Part shown: positions 38,739-49,045 of the stretch, piece by piece
Layout: each line of letters opens with the position of its first letter
Numbering within the stretch: the first letter of the stretch is position 1
Virus record (IMG/VR): IMGVR_UViG_3300020810_001160
Coordinates: 36,594-100,593 of that record
From: a virus
DNA: 64,000 nt
Reading direction: 5' to 3' (one strand)
Translations under genes and position numbers: made by a program
Notes under the pieces: generated by a model
What the model was told of the DNA's origin: nothing
The model's input: the letters and a program-made list of their open reading frames with translations, nothing else
The model's database searches: none

Positions 38739-40110
38739 CGCACAAAACAAGAAGCACGATATAATTTTTATTTTGGAAACTAATTTCCATCAGATAAAGA
38801 ATGCTTCTGCTAAAGAACTGATACAAAATATTGCTGAATATCAAATAGGCAAACTTAATACTATGGGTTATGATGTTATGATATCCTTGGCAGAAGATTC
38901 TACACTTGCTAAAGCAGTTGACAAATATGATTATGCTGTGGTGTACAGTGCCGACACAGAGTTTCAAGGTGGTGCTTTTTTTAAACATTTACACAAACTT
39001 ATTGAACAGGATTTTTATATAGCAGGACATATTTTAGATCGTAAAGAAGGCTATTACGAACTGCATGAACAATGTTATGTTATTAATTTAAAAAAACACA
39101 AAGAATTTGAATGTCCTCCTATAGGAGAAATGAAGCGAGATGCCAAACATTTCACATCAGAGCCAATAAGAAGTGAAGAAAACTTTCACGATGATTATAC
39201 TCCTTTATGGATCAAGCCAGGAACAGAGTTAAAAAACTATACTCATAAGTGGCACGGTTGGAACATTATCACAGTCGCTTTGGACAATAAAGAAAATATT
39301 ATTGTGTTTGATGAAGATATTCGTCTAAGTAAACGATGTTACTATGCTAAACACGAAACAGATTTTATAGAACACAGCAAACAAATATATAAAAAATATA
39401 ATCAAAGTGCCAACAGATTGTTTTATCCTATCAATACAGAAGAACTTCAAACAATAAGCATAGCAGGTAATATAAAACAATTAATAATTCCTGCCAGCGG
39501 ATTTAACTGGTTAAAATATTTAGAAAAATATGGATATGATGAAGATACAGAAGTGATATTTTATGATTATAATCCAAATGCTTTATTCTATATGGAAGAA
39601 ACTATAAAAAATTTTGATGGAGGAGACTATCATAAATTTTTAAAGTCTAAAAATAGACACAAAACGCCTGACTGGTTAAACTCTAAATTAGAAATTGCTG
39701 AACATTTTCAAACAATCAGTCATCTATGGCACATAAAATCAAAAATAAAATTTAATTTTATCGAATGTGATTTATTAAATGAATTCACAATAAAACCTAA
39801 AAATCATAGCAACGTGATTTTACACATCAGTAACATATTTGGTTATGAACCTACTGTACCTTTTGTGCCTACTAAACAGAGAATAATGCAACAAAATCAA
39901 CTTATAAAACATCTTAAAGAAAAATATAATAAAATTCAGTTAATAGTTTCACAACACGCATGGGCAGGATTTGTTGAATATGATATAGATGCAGGACCAA
40001 TTGAAAAATTTTATGAAGTTGATTTAGAAAGTTTAAAAGCACCTATGTGGAGATTTGGAACAGAATGGAAAACACCAAAAGATTCAATGGAGGAACATGA
40101 CGAAGAATAG
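38722..40110 (+). CDS. Hypothetical two-domain enzyme; C-terminal half possibly a SAM-binding Rossmann fold
   Basis: PASG..VIFYDYNPNAL..ECDLL..ISNIF pattern; weak assignment. Confidence 0.4.
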   Translation: MAFQFDAQNKKHDIIFILETNFHQIKNASAKELIQNIAEYQIGKLNTMGYDVMISLAEDSTLAKAVDKYDYAVVYSADTEFQGGAFFKHLHKLIEQDFYIAGHILDRKEGYYELHEQCYVINLKKHKEFECPPIGEMKRDAKHFTSEPIRSEENFHDDYTPLWIKPGTELKNYTHKWHGWNIITVALDNKENIIVFDEDIRLSKRCYYAKHETDFIEHSKQIYKKYNQSANRLFYPINTEELQTISIAGNIKQLIIPASGFNWLKYLEKYGYDEDTEVIFYDYNPNALFYMEETIKNFDGGDYHKFLKSKNRHKTPDWLNSKLEIAEHFQTISHLWHIKSKIKFNFIECDLLNEFTIKPKNHSNVILHISNIFGYEPTVPFVPTKQRIMQQNQLIKHLKEKYNKIQLIVSQHAWAGFVEYDIDAGPIEKFYEVDLESLKAPMWRFGTEWKTPKDSMEEHDEE

Positions 40111-41365
40111 TTGTACATTTTGTATGCACCCTTTTACGGGTTTGGCTACTAGAGAAGATGGCGCTATAAAAGTTTGCTGTCGTAGTCTTCCTATTGGCAA
40201 TATAAAAGATATGAGTTTAGAAGAAGCATGGAACTCAGACAAAATGAAAGAAGTAAGACGTCAAGTATTAAATGATGAACGTCCAGATGTGTGCGAACCT
40301 TGTTTTTATTTAGAAGATCAAGGTGTGCAAAGTTTACGTCAGCGACACATCACAGATGCTTCTCCAGAAAGCAGAATTAATTTATATCCAGATGTATTGG
40401 ATAAATTGGCAGATGATTATTCAATGCCGTTTGAGTTACCCACAATAGAAATTAAAATTAATAATCTTTGTAATTTAAAATGTCGTATGTGTAATCCTTT
40501 GGATTCTACACAATGGAAAGATTGGAATGCCATTGTGGATCATTACAAAAAAGAAGGCAACTATCTTGTGGATGCTGTGGAAAGTTTAGGACTTACACGA
40601 GCACCGTATGTGGGAATATTTGAAGACAAGGATCATTTTTGGGATAATTTGGAAAAACTATTACCACACTTTAAACGTGTTGAATTTGCAGGCGGAGAAC
40701 CTCTAATGGATCCTGTGCATTATAAAATATTAGACTTACTGTCTAAGAATGGAAAAAACATCGAAATAAAATATGCTACTAATGGTACAACACTGGGCAT
40801 CAAAGGTGGTAGAACTGTACACGATTATTGGCCCAAGTTTAAAAGTGTGGCTGTGAATGTTAGCATAGACGGGTTACACGATGTTTATGAATATATTAGA
40901 GGTAACGGTAAATTTTCAGATGTAGAATATAACATTAAAGAAATGAAAAAAATACCCACAGTAAGTAGAATAGTAGGAGCATTCACAGTACAAGCCAACA
41001 ACATATTACAAATAGACAAAGTGATAGACTATTTCTTACGTGAAATGAAGATTGTGTTTTATAGTCACAGAGTAAACTACCCAAGAGCACTGTCGGCACA
41101 GGTACTGCCCAAAGTATTAAAAGATCAAGTGATTGCTAAACTGGAAGCAATGAAACCTCGCATAAAAGATTACGACATAGTCAAAGAGCACCCTGTTTTA
41201 GAAAAGATCACACAACAACAAATACAAGACAATATAAACTTTTTACAAGCCAAAGACCTACATCAGTATTGGCAAGATTGTATAGACTTCAATAGAAAAC
41301 TTGATCTTACACGAAACCAAGGACCATTTGAAAAGATTAATCCGGAGTTTCAAGATTATGTTTAA
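40097..41365 (+). CDS. Radical SAM enzyme with N-terminal twitch/SPASM-like domain, type A
   Basis: N-terminal FCMHPF..DG..KVCC..CxxC, then CNLKCRMC, FAGGEP, TNG; start at 40097 after GGAGG. Confidence 0.85.
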   Translation: MTKNSCTFCMHPFTGLATREDGAIKVCCRSLPIGNIKDMSLEEAWNSDKMKEVRRQVLNDERPDVCEPCFYLEDQGVQSLRQRHITDASPESRINLYPDVLDKLADDYSMPFELPTIEIKINNLCNLKCRMCNPLDSTQWKDWNAIVDHYKKEGNYLVDAVESLGLTRAPYVGIFEDKDHFWDNLEKLLPHFKRVEFAGGEPLMDPVHYKILDLLSKNGKNIEIKYATNGTTLGIKGGRTVHDYWPKFKSVAVNVSIDGLHDVYEYIRGNGKFSDVEYNIKEMKKIPTVSRIVGAFTVQANNILQIDKVIDYFLREMKIVFYSHRVNYPRALSAQVLPKVLKDQVIAKLEAMKPRIKDYDIVKEHPVLEKITQQQIQDNINFLQAKDLHQYWQDCIDFNRKLDLTRNQGPFEKINPEFQDYV

Positions 41366-42254
41366 AGTAGAACATTTATATCCACACATACAACAAAGTG
41401 TCAAAGTGGAATGGAATCTTGGCAAACGATGCAACTATGATTGCTCATATTGTCCTGCGGTGATTCATGACAATACCAGTCCGCACACCGACATTGAAAT
41501 ATTGAAACGTGCTGTGGATGAATTGGCCAAAATTAAAAACACAAGAATAAGTTTCACAGGTGGAGAACCTTGTGTACATCCAAAAATTTTAGAACTGCTG
41601 GAGTATGCTAAACCAAAAGTGACTTGGCTGAATGTTACCACCAATGGTACCAGAACAGCAGAATTTTACACAGACATTTTGGACAGATTGATCAACCATA
41701 TTGTGTTCTCTATACACTTTGAATATGATCATCAAAAGGTGATAGAAACCGTTTTAAACGTCTCACAGCAAACAAAAAATAAAAATATACTTGCACACGT
41801 AATGATGTTGCCAGGGCATTTAAACGACGTCTCTGACGCTTGTAGACGCCTAAAAGAAGCAGGTATTAACTATGCACTGCGTCCAATTCGCTGGACTGAA
41901 ACACACGATATTTTTGAGGATATGGAACGTTATTCTGAAGAAGAAAAACAGTTTTTGGTAACAGAAAATCACACACCACCACACAACACATTGATAGATG
42001 AAACTGAATCCTGCAACACCAATGATCTACTGATTGAGAAAACAAATCAATTCAAGGATTGGAAATGCAATGCCGGATTAGAAAGTTTAATGATTAATTG
42101 GGACGGTGAGGTTCACAGAGCCACTTGTAGAGTGGGCGGACCTATCGGCAACATTTATGAAGGCACTTTTGTTCAACCTAAAGAAGCAATTACTTGCACT
42201 AGACAATGGTGTACCTGCGCCGCAGATATCAACATAACAAAAATTAAAGTTTAA
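41358..42254 (+). CDS. Radical SAM enzyme, type B
   Basis: CNYDCSYC, TGGEP, TTNG, WKCNAG..RATC..C..WCTC; start at 41358 after GGAG. Confidence 0.85.
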   Translation: MFKVEHLYPHIQQSVKVEWNLGKRCNYDCSYCPAVIHDNTSPHTDIEILKRAVDELAKIKNTRISFTGGEPCVHPKILELLEYAKPKVTWLNVTTNGTRTAEFYTDILDRLINHIVFSIHFEYDHQKVIETVLNVSQQTKNKNILAHVMMLPGHLNDVSDACRRLKEAGINYALRPIRWTETHDIFEDMERYSEEEKQFLVTENHTPPHNTLIDETESCNTNDLLIEKTNQFKDWKCNAGLESLMINWDGEVHRATCRVGGPIGNIYEGTFVQPKEAITCTRQWCTCAADINITKIKV

Positions 42255-43206
42255 ATTTATCCAACAAACTTTCAGGCTGACACATACAGGTGTTGCGTTT
42301 GTCACAGATTTTAGGTTTAATATCAGGATTGAATTTGTTCACAAAATCTTTATCATATATGTTGTAGTTTTCAAACAGTCTTGTTCTACAAGCACCTGTG
42401 ATTGTACCAGCAGGATCAATCATCATACTGTCCACGCCAATATTACACTGCCAACCAAAAAAATCATTCTGTTTGTTTAGCACTAGCCAATTACGATTCA
42501 CAGTTTTAATTTTGCCATCTGCAAATTTAACTTTAGGATTATCTTTTAGATGCATTCTATTTTTCCATATGTGCCACAAACTGGGTCTTCTTTTTGTTGG
42601 CTTGGCAACATATGCTCTTTGTTCTTCTGTGTAATTGATAGTTTCGTGCATCACTTCCATGGCACTGATAAACCAACTGTGTTTGCTTTTTTTGAACTGT
42701 TCAATTAGATCCAAACAGGTATTCCAAGCAGTGGGATCCATCAACACCATCACATTGGGACTTCTACCTATGCGATGCAGTGTGTCTGCCACTTCAATAA
42801 AGTGTGGCACATCTATCTGTTTCCAATGAGCACTCAACAATATTTTGTCAAACACTGTGCCAAACTTTTCCCACCAACGCACAGTTCTACTGCCGTTGGA
42901 ACTGATTGTGATGTATGAAGGAATTGTTTTTCGTATCTCAGTAACAAACTCTCCCAACTTGGGCCACAGCGTGGGTTCGCCTCCCACTATGTGCAATTCT
43001 AATTTCTTTTTGCCTATCTTCTTGTACTGTTCAAATAGATGTTTAAAATTTAACACCAATTGTTCCATGTCATCAGTCCAACGATGTGTGCCTTCGTGTG
43101 ATCCTTTAAAGCAATACCAACAAGAATAGTTACAGGTATTACCTATCATAAACTCTACACGCAATATATCTTTGGGCTGTGGATTGAATACTTGTACTAT
43201 GTTCAT
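42244..43206 (-). CDS. Radical SAM enzyme, type B
   Basis: CNYSCWYC, GGEP, SSNG, GWQCNIG..AC..C..CMC. Confidence 0.85.
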   Translation of the reverse strand: MNIVQVFNPQPKDILRVEFMIGNTCNYSCWYCFKGSHEGTHRWTDDMEQLVLNFKHLFEQYKKIGKKKLELHIVGGEPTLWPKLGEFVTEIRKTIPSYITISSNGSRTVRWWEKFGTVFDKILLSAHWKQIDVPHFIEVADTLHRIGRSPNVMVLMDPTAWNTCLDLIEQFKKSKHSWFISAMEVMHETINYTEEQRAYVAKPTKRRPSLWHIWKNRMHLKDNPKVKFADGKIKTVNRNWLVLNKQNDFFGWQCNIGVDSMMIDPAGTITGACRTRLFENYNIYDKDFVNKFNPDIKPKICDKRNTCMCQPESLLDKFKL

Positions 43207-44621
43207 AACAAATGAGCCAACTCAGGAAAAACTGATTTAGCATCAACTCCTCTAATAGCATCTAATTTTGTTACATATTCCTTGAACCCTGGCAATAAGA
43301 ATGAGTGATCATTTTCGTTCATGTGTTTTAACACAGCCTCCCAACGTCTCCATCCATAAGGATTTGTTTTCCAGAAATTGTCATCCTGTCTGTAGTTTTG
43401 CCACAGCCAATCCTTAAATTCCATAAAACGCTGTTCAACTTCTTGTTTGTCTTCCTTGGGCAATATCTGTATGCTTAAGAATGTAGGAATGTACAGTAGG
43501 TGCATATTGACCAATCCGCCACCCATCTGTACTCCGCCAGGCACTGTGCCTGCATTTAATTTTTTAAAACCGCTCTGCACCTTCCACTTCATAAAGTCTG
43601 GCAAGTGTTTCACATTGAATATCTGTATGGCTGTTGCCAAACTGGTTTGTATATTGTCTGGTGTGTTGTCCAACATATGTAAATTCTTTTCCACTGTGTC
43701 CCAGTTGGTAGGAAAACGTATGTACTCATCACGTTTGCCCATGGCGTCCATACTCACAGCAAACTTAACTTTTTTAAATTTACTCCACAGTTCAATCAAA
43801 TCTTCATCTACCAATATACCATTTGAATTGTATCGCAATAATATCTTGTCTTGATAGCCTTGACGTATGATCTCTTCTATGAACTGTTTGTGTTCACGAA
43901 TCATCAAAGGTTCGCCACCGGCAAAGTAAACCTGTTTCAAGTTGGGAATCTGCTTGTACATCTCTTCCCAAAACTCAGGCTTCTCATGCCAGAAGTTGTT
44001 GAATTCTTTTTTGTCCCATTGCAGTTGTTGTTTAACATCTTTATTCTGTAATTGTGGCATCAACTGTTGCCAATCCTTAACCCATTTTGAACTGTCGTGC
44101 GGTGAACACATCACACATTTGATATTACAAGTGTGTCCCAATCTTAAATCCAAGTACATCAACTGTTCAGGCACTGTGCCATCTTCTTTGGTTTGACGTA
44201 TCAGTTCAGGAATGTCCACACCGTCCTTGTACCATGTGCCTGTTTCCCATATGCGTTTTGAAACTACTCCAACCTTTTCTTCTTGAAAACATTTACGACA
44301 ACTGTTAGGTATTTTACCATCCAACATTGTGGTACGCACACTTTTCATATAGTTGTTGTTCCAAGCAGTCATAGGTGTATCCTTGCCAAAGTTAGCAGGC
44401 TTGCCGTCCTCTTTTTTGACGAGGCCCACTTCGTGGTCGGAACCAGCGCCGCTGGCGTTCGCTGAACAGCACAGTCTCATATCACCATTGGGTCTAGTAG
44501 CAAAATGTATCCAAGGCAATATACAAAATGTGGAACTGCCTGCAACAGATTCTAATTCTCTCTGCCATTTGCCCAGTTCTGTGTCTTCTGGATTCATCCA
44601 GTATTCATTATGATCTGTCAT
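43203..44621 (-). CDS. Radical SAM enzyme with N-terminal twitch/SPASM-like domain, type A
   Basis: FCILPW..NG..RLCC..CRKC, then CNIKCVMC, FAGGEP, NSNG. Confidence 0.85.
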   Translation of the reverse strand: MTDHNEYWMNPEDTELGKWQRELESVAGSSTFCILPWIHFATRPNGDMRLCCSANASGAGSDHEVGLVKKEDGKPANFGKDTPMTAWNNNYMKSVRTTMLDGKIPNSCRKCFQEEKVGVVSKRIWETGTWYKDGVDIPELIRQTKEDGTVPEQLMYLDLRLGHTCNIKCVMCSPHDSSKWVKDWQQLMPQLQNKDVKQQLQWDKKEFNNFWHEKPEFWEEMYKQIPNLKQVYFAGGEPLMIREHKQFIEEIIRQGYQDKILLRYNSNGILVDEDLIELWSKFKKVKFAVSMDAMGKRDEYIRFPTNWDTVEKNLHMLDNTPDNIQTSLATAIQIFNVKHLPDFMKWKVQSGFKKLNAGTVPGGVQMGGGLVNMHLLYIPTFLSIQILPKEDKQEVEQRFMEFKDWLWQNYRQDDNFWKTNPYGWRRWEAVLKHMNENDHSFLLPGFKEYVTKLDAIRGVDAKSVFPELAHLL

Positions 44622-45231
44622 TTAGTATCCTATACATTTTGTCACTTAATAATTGATTACTTTCAATACCAGGGTGTAAATCGTCTGTGGCTTTGTCCAC
44701 ATATTCTATTCCGCTGTTGTAATAATTTTGAATATCTATAAAATCCAATTTGTGTGTGTCTAATTCTTTAGGCGTTGCAGGATAATGAATATATTTTACA
44801 CCTTGTTTTTGTAGATGCAAATCTGCGTGATGAATATGTAGCCAACTTTTCATAGCATAATCTTTTTCACTCAAATATTCTGCCCATTTTCTTTCTTGAT
44901 GTGTTTTTGCCCAAGGACCCAATCTATCTCTAAAGAATGGATATTTGTATGATACTGTAAACAACATATCTCTAACGTAATGAGTCCACATCACAACCAC
45001 AGTGTCGCCCCATTTATAATCGTATTTTAATATATTGTACATAATTTCTGTATTGCTGGATCCAGGAAAAGATTCATTCACCAGTTCGCAATTTAATTTT
45101 TCTGCCAACAATGCCGCCCAACCCATTTTACTTGGTTGTAAACTGTGTAATTTGTCAAACAGCCAATTACGACAGTCAGGTAATCCTGTGCCATAAGTGT
45201 AAGAACATCCGAAAGTGATTAATCTTGACAT
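44608..45231 (-). CDS. SGNH/GDSL hydrolase-like protein (esterase or acyltransferase)
   Basis: FGCSYTYG block I, PGSSN block II, DDLHPG block V; start after a GGGGAG RBS. Confidence 0.7.
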   Translation of the reverse strand: MSRLITFGCSYTYGTGLPDCRNWLFDKLHSLQPSKMGWAALLAEKLNCELVNESFPGSSNTEIMYNILKYDYKWGDTVVVMWTHYVRDMLFTVSYKYPFFRDRLGPWAKTHQERKWAEYLSEKDYAMKSWLHIHHADLHLQKQGVKYIHYPATPKELDTHKLDFIDIQNYYNSGIEYVDKATDDLHPGIESNQLLSDKMYRILNDRS

Positions 45232-46040
45232 TTGCTTACTCCCCATTCTCGTTCTTTACACCAAAAACATTTACCACACACTGGCACGGGCGACCCTGGA
45301 ACATATGTCTTGTAATCTAAGTCTCCAAAGATTTCAGGATATGTTTCTCGGTCACCTTCGCAACTGCGTGTAAGATTGAATAGGTCCATTATGCCTAATT
45401 TTTTATATTGAGCAACTATCCAATCTTTTTGAACATATGCGAATGGGTGACAAGCGTAGCCGCCCATGTGTGCTTTGATTAGTTTGTCTAGTGTAGCATC
45501 TGAAAGACTGTCTGCGACAACATCTCTGTCCACTAAACGTTCATCAAACTGTTTGTCTGGATTCTTGGTTACTCCGCAGTACCAAGCATCTAACTTTTCT
45601 TTATGAGCCACATACTCTGCGTGTGCTCTTAATTCTATTTGATTTCCACTTTTTAATTTTCCATATTCATCTGTGATATTGGGTCCTACCGAACCCCATT
45701 CTAAATCAGGTGCAATAAAATTCTCATGTCTTTTAAACTGTATATTTGGAAATGCTGAGGACAACCAATTGTAAACATCTAAACTGTTTTGATGTTGCCA
45801 AGGTCTGGTTTTCCAACATCTCACATTGGTAATGATGTGTACTTTGGTATCTGTTTTAAGTTGTGATACAATACTACACAACAGCACACTCATCAAGGCA
45901 CTGTCGGCTCCTCCGCTTACACTGATACCAATATTTTTCCATTTAGGAGAAAACGGAAATATAACTCCATTTATGTCGTGGAGAATATCCTTATAGGTGC
46001 TGGATTGATAAATCGACTTTATTGTTTCTAAATTAGACAT
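45219..46040 (-). CDS. QueC-like PP-loop ATPase
   Basis: SVSGGADS PP-loop; TRSC...CGKCFWCKER Zn motif. Confidence 0.7.
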   Translation of the reverse strand: MSNLETIKSIYQSSTYKDILHDINGVIFPFSPKWKNIGISVSGGADSALMSVLLCSIVSQLKTDTKVHIITNVRCWKTRPWQHQNSLDVYNWLSSAFPNIQFKRHENFIAPDLEWGSVGPNITDEYGKLKSGNQIELRAHAEYVAHKEKLDAWYCGVTKNPDKQFDERLVDRDVVADSLSDATLDKLIKAHMGGYACHPFAYVQKDWIVAQYKKLGIMDLFNLTRSCEGDRETYPEIFGDLDYKTYVPGSPVPVCGKCFWCKEREWGVSKCQD

Positions 46041-46053
46041 TTTATGGACAAAG

Positions 46054-46099
46054 ATATTTATCGTTATTAAGTACGCACATTATAATTTACGATAAGTAT
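46054..46099. promoter_or_regulatory. Divergent late-promoter pair forming an inverted repeat (ATATTTATCGT ... ACGATAAGTAT)
   Basis: 11-bp inverted repeat with one mismatch between divergent genes; each arm reads ACGATAARTAT toward its gene. Confidence 0.65.
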
Positions 46100-46105
46100 A
46101 GTAAT

Positions 46106-46780
46106 ATGTTAGAAAAATTAGATACCAAAACTGATTCCAAAAAGTTATACGAATTGTTAAAACATTTACCAGAAGGTAAGAATGTACTAAACAAACCAAC
46201 TGGAAATTTTTTCTATGACCCTTGGGAGATAGTACCAGAATATAAAGACACTGTGTTGGATGAATTGTTACAGCAGTTGCCAGATCACGGAGAAGCCAGA
46301 CTGATTGTGATGAAGCCAGGCGAAAGTTATTCTGCTCACGCTGATATAGATGATAGATATCATGTGACCCTAGATGCCGAACACAGTTACCTACACGATA
46401 TAGAAAATGAAGTCATGTTTCCAAACCAAGCAGACGATTGTGTGTATCTAATGAATACAGGATTACTACATTCAGCATCTAATTATGGATACAAGAATAG
46501 ATATCAATTAGTGATACGTAAAAGATTAAAAAATAACTCAATGATGAAAGATCCAAGACAGGTGTTAATGACTGTAAAAAATCCTGTGTACAATATGAGA
46601 TATCTTTTCGATAGTTCATTTTCGAGAATGTTAAACAGATTTGTAAAAGAAGGAAAAGTGAATAATTTTGCTAGAATAAATGAAACCACAGTAAAATATC
46701 TTTGCGAAAACGACAGTATAAATGAAATATTAAAAATGCAACAGATATGTGGATTTGAAATTGATATTGTGTATGGCTAA
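46106..46780 (+). CDS. 2OG-Fe(II) oxygenase, Asp/Asn beta-hydroxylase-like
   Basis: ARLIVMKPGESYSAHAD (HxD)...LHSASN...RYQLV. Confidence 0.75.
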   Translation: MLEKLDTKTDSKKLYELLKHLPEGKNVLNKPTGNFFYDPWEIVPEYKDTVLDELLQQLPDHGEARLIVMKPGESYSAHADIDDRYHVTLDAEHSYLHDIENEVMFPNQADDCVYLMNTGLLHSASNYGYKNRYQLVIRKRLKNNSMMKDPRQVLMTVKNPVYNMRYLFDSSFSRMLNRFVKEGKVNNFARINETTVKYLCENDSINEILKMQQICGFEIDIVYG

Positions 46781-47393
46781 TTGGAATAATTTTTATAAAT
46801 TTAAAGGAGGACTTGCTGTTACAAATATGCTGTACGAACCTCTTGTGAGTAACAATAAAAAAATCTTTTGTATGAACTGGAACGCCAACAAATATTTTGA
46901 GAACAAGGAAATGACTGATGAACTTTACAACTATTGGTTTAATCAAGAAGTGAAATATCTGTTTAAATTAAAAAACAAAAAATATATTCCTGAAATTATT
47001 AATATAGATTATACAAAAAGAACAATTACTTTCCGTTGGTACGACAAAAGTCTACATTGGTTGTTAGAAACAAGACAAATCGACATTGTACCAAATTGGC
47101 AAGATAAAATAAAAGCCATAAAAGATGATTTAGAAAAGGACAACATATACAAAATCAATATGTATCCGCACACCTTTTATTTTGATGATGAAGATAATGC
47201 CTATATCATGGATCTATACGGTTGCACAGATGTTGATACAAAATTTTTAGATATAGAGTTTCTTAAACCTCTGATACGCAATGATAGATTTGATAAATTT
47301 ATACATAACAATCAATTAAACACACATGAATTATACAATGAAACAATCCGTACAAACTATGCTGAATGGCCAGGAGACTTTTTAAATGCTTGA
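46773..47393 (+). CDS. Protein-kinase-like fold protein with a degenerate catalytic loop
   Basis: FNQEVKYL (alphaC Glu), IPEI, IYKINMYPHTF in place of HxDxxxxN, IMDLYG in place of DFG. Confidence 0.5.
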   Translation: MANWNNFYKFKGGLAVTNMLYEPLVSNNKKIFCMNWNANKYFENKEMTDELYNYWFNQEVKYLFKLKNKKYIPEIINIDYTKRTITFRWYDKSLHWLLETRQIDIVPNWQDKIKAIKDDLEKDNIYKINMYPHTFYFDDEDNAYIMDLYGCTDVDTKFLDIEFLKPLIRNDRFDKFIHNNQLNTHELYNETIRTNYAEWPGDFLNA

Positions 47394-47922
47394 GTTTGTA
47401 GGAAACTGTAATCATATCCTTAACTGGAATGAAATTATAAATGAAGTGAAAGATCAAGAAGGTAAATGTGCCTGCAAATATCTTCCGGTTTCAGAAGTTC
47501 CAGAATTAAAAGAAATTAATGATGCACTGGGAAATTATTGTGAAACATCTATAGAATGGATCAATTATTATCCTGGCAAAGAGTTTTCAATGGAAGTAGC
47601 AGAGAAGTTTGGCGAGTTTGTTGGAGCACCAAAAATGATTAAATGTTGGATATCTAAAGTTTATCCAGGTAAAACTGCTCCATGGCATTGGGATTGGGAC
47701 GTGGATTGGGAAAAGTATGTAGCACAAGGAAATCCTGTTAGATTCACAGCAATGATTAATAAGCCTGCACCAGGTCAGGTTTTTATAGTAGGTGATCAAG
47801 CACTTTACAATGAAAAACAAGGAGATGTTCATAAGTGGCCAGACTTTAAATCATATCATGGCGGAACCAATTGTGGACTTGAACCTAAATTTAATTTTAA
47901 TTACTTGGCATACGCAGAATGA
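47386..47922 (+). CDS. 2OG-Fe(II)/cupin oxygenase-like protein
   Basis: PGKTAPWHWD (HxD)...YHGGTNCG..PK. Confidence 0.7.
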   Translation: MLEFVGNCNHILNWNEIINEVKDQEGKCACKYLPVSEVPELKEINDALGNYCETSIEWINYYPGKEFSMEVAEKFGEFVGAPKMIKCWISKVYPGKTAPWHWDWDVDWEKYVAQGNPVRFTAMINKPAPGQVFIVGDQALYNEKQGDVHKWPDFKSYHGGTNCGLEPKFNFNYLAYAE

Positions 47923-48473
47923 AACAATACATAGGCAATTGCAGTGACGTGATAGACTGGACATCGGTTGTAGAATCTATAAAAAGTTCTAAACCAGCAT
48001 ATCAAGGACCAAGACACACCAAGGATGATGATCTACCAGGCATTAAAGAAATAAGTGAAGCGTGGAATAAAGCAGGGTATAAGTTAGCATCAGAAGGCGG
48101 AACTGTGGGTTGGGATATGTGTATACCTGAAACAAACTTTGATAAGAGTGTTGTGGACAAATTTGCTGATTATGTTGGTGTTGATTCATTAAGTTGTTGG
48201 GTAAGTGTGATACATCAAGGTTATCATGCTCCGTGGCACTGGGACACACAAGATAATGAAGAAGAATTACGAAAATTGAATAACATTGAAAGATTTCATG
48301 TACACATGGAAGACACACATCCAGGACACATATTAATTGTGGAAGATGAATTATACTATAATGCCAAAGCAGGTGATGTGTACAAATGGCCAGACAGAAA
48401 TGCTTGGCACGCCGGATCTAATTGTGGTCAAAGACCCAAATACATTTTTAATTTCTTTGGAACTAAAAGATGA
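47919..48473 (+). CDS. 2OG-Fe(II)/cupin oxygenase-like protein, paralog of the previous gene
   Basis: GYHAPWHWD...WHAGSNCG..PK; collinear with 47386-47922. Confidence 0.7.
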   Translation: MKQYIGNCSDVIDWTSVVESIKSSKPAYQGPRHTKDDDLPGIKEISEAWNKAGYKLASEGGTVGWDMCIPETNFDKSVVDKFADYVGVDSLSCWVSVIHQGYHAPWHWDTQDNEEELRKLNNIERFHVHMEDTHPGHILIVEDELYYNAKAGDVYKWPDRNAWHAGSNCGQRPKYIFNFFGTKR

Positions 48474-49045
48474 ACAAAACATTAAAGTTTGATTACTTTC
48501 CTTTATTGAGATCAAATTATGATGCCAACGAATTGGTCACAGACGGTTTATTAGTGGATCAATTGAACGTGCATTGGAATGACAACAACATTTTTAAAGA
48601 CATTCAGTCCAGCAAAGAAACTGCCGAAAAAGGTTCCATCAATAGAACTATAGATATAGAAGTTAAAGATAGCAATAAAATGTTGTTACAAAACAAACAA
48701 GTTTGGAATGAAGACAGTATAGAACTTAAGGCTGAAATTGATTTAACATCAAAAGGAAATGATATATGGAACTTAAAGTTTGTGTATAACTTAACAACCT
48801 GTGCTGATCAAGATTATGAAAATTTTAACAAAAAGTTTGGCATTAATGATGAACTATTTCATTTCAAACTTAACGGAGAAGCCTTGATATACAATGAAGA
48901 AATTAGAGGCGGTAAAAATATGACAGCACAAAAAGATTTCTATTGGAGAGGGAAAAATCCTATATTGTTCGAACTAGAAGAATATGGCACAGGGATAGAT
49001 AGAGACAGTAGATTTATTCAAATAGTGAGATTTACAATTATATGA
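48470..49045 (+). CDS. Hypothetical protein
   Basis: 191 aa ORF coupled on both sides by ATGA overlaps. Confidence 0.6.
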   Translation: MNKTLKFDYFPLLRSNYDANELVTDGLLVDQLNVHWNDNNIFKDIQSSKETAEKGSINRTIDIEVKDSNKMLLQNKQVWNEDSIELKAEIDLTSKGNDIWNLKFVYNLTTCADQDYENFNKKFGINDELFHFKLNGEALIYNEEIRGGKNMTAQKDFYWRGKNPILFELEEYGTGIDRDSRFIQIVRFTII

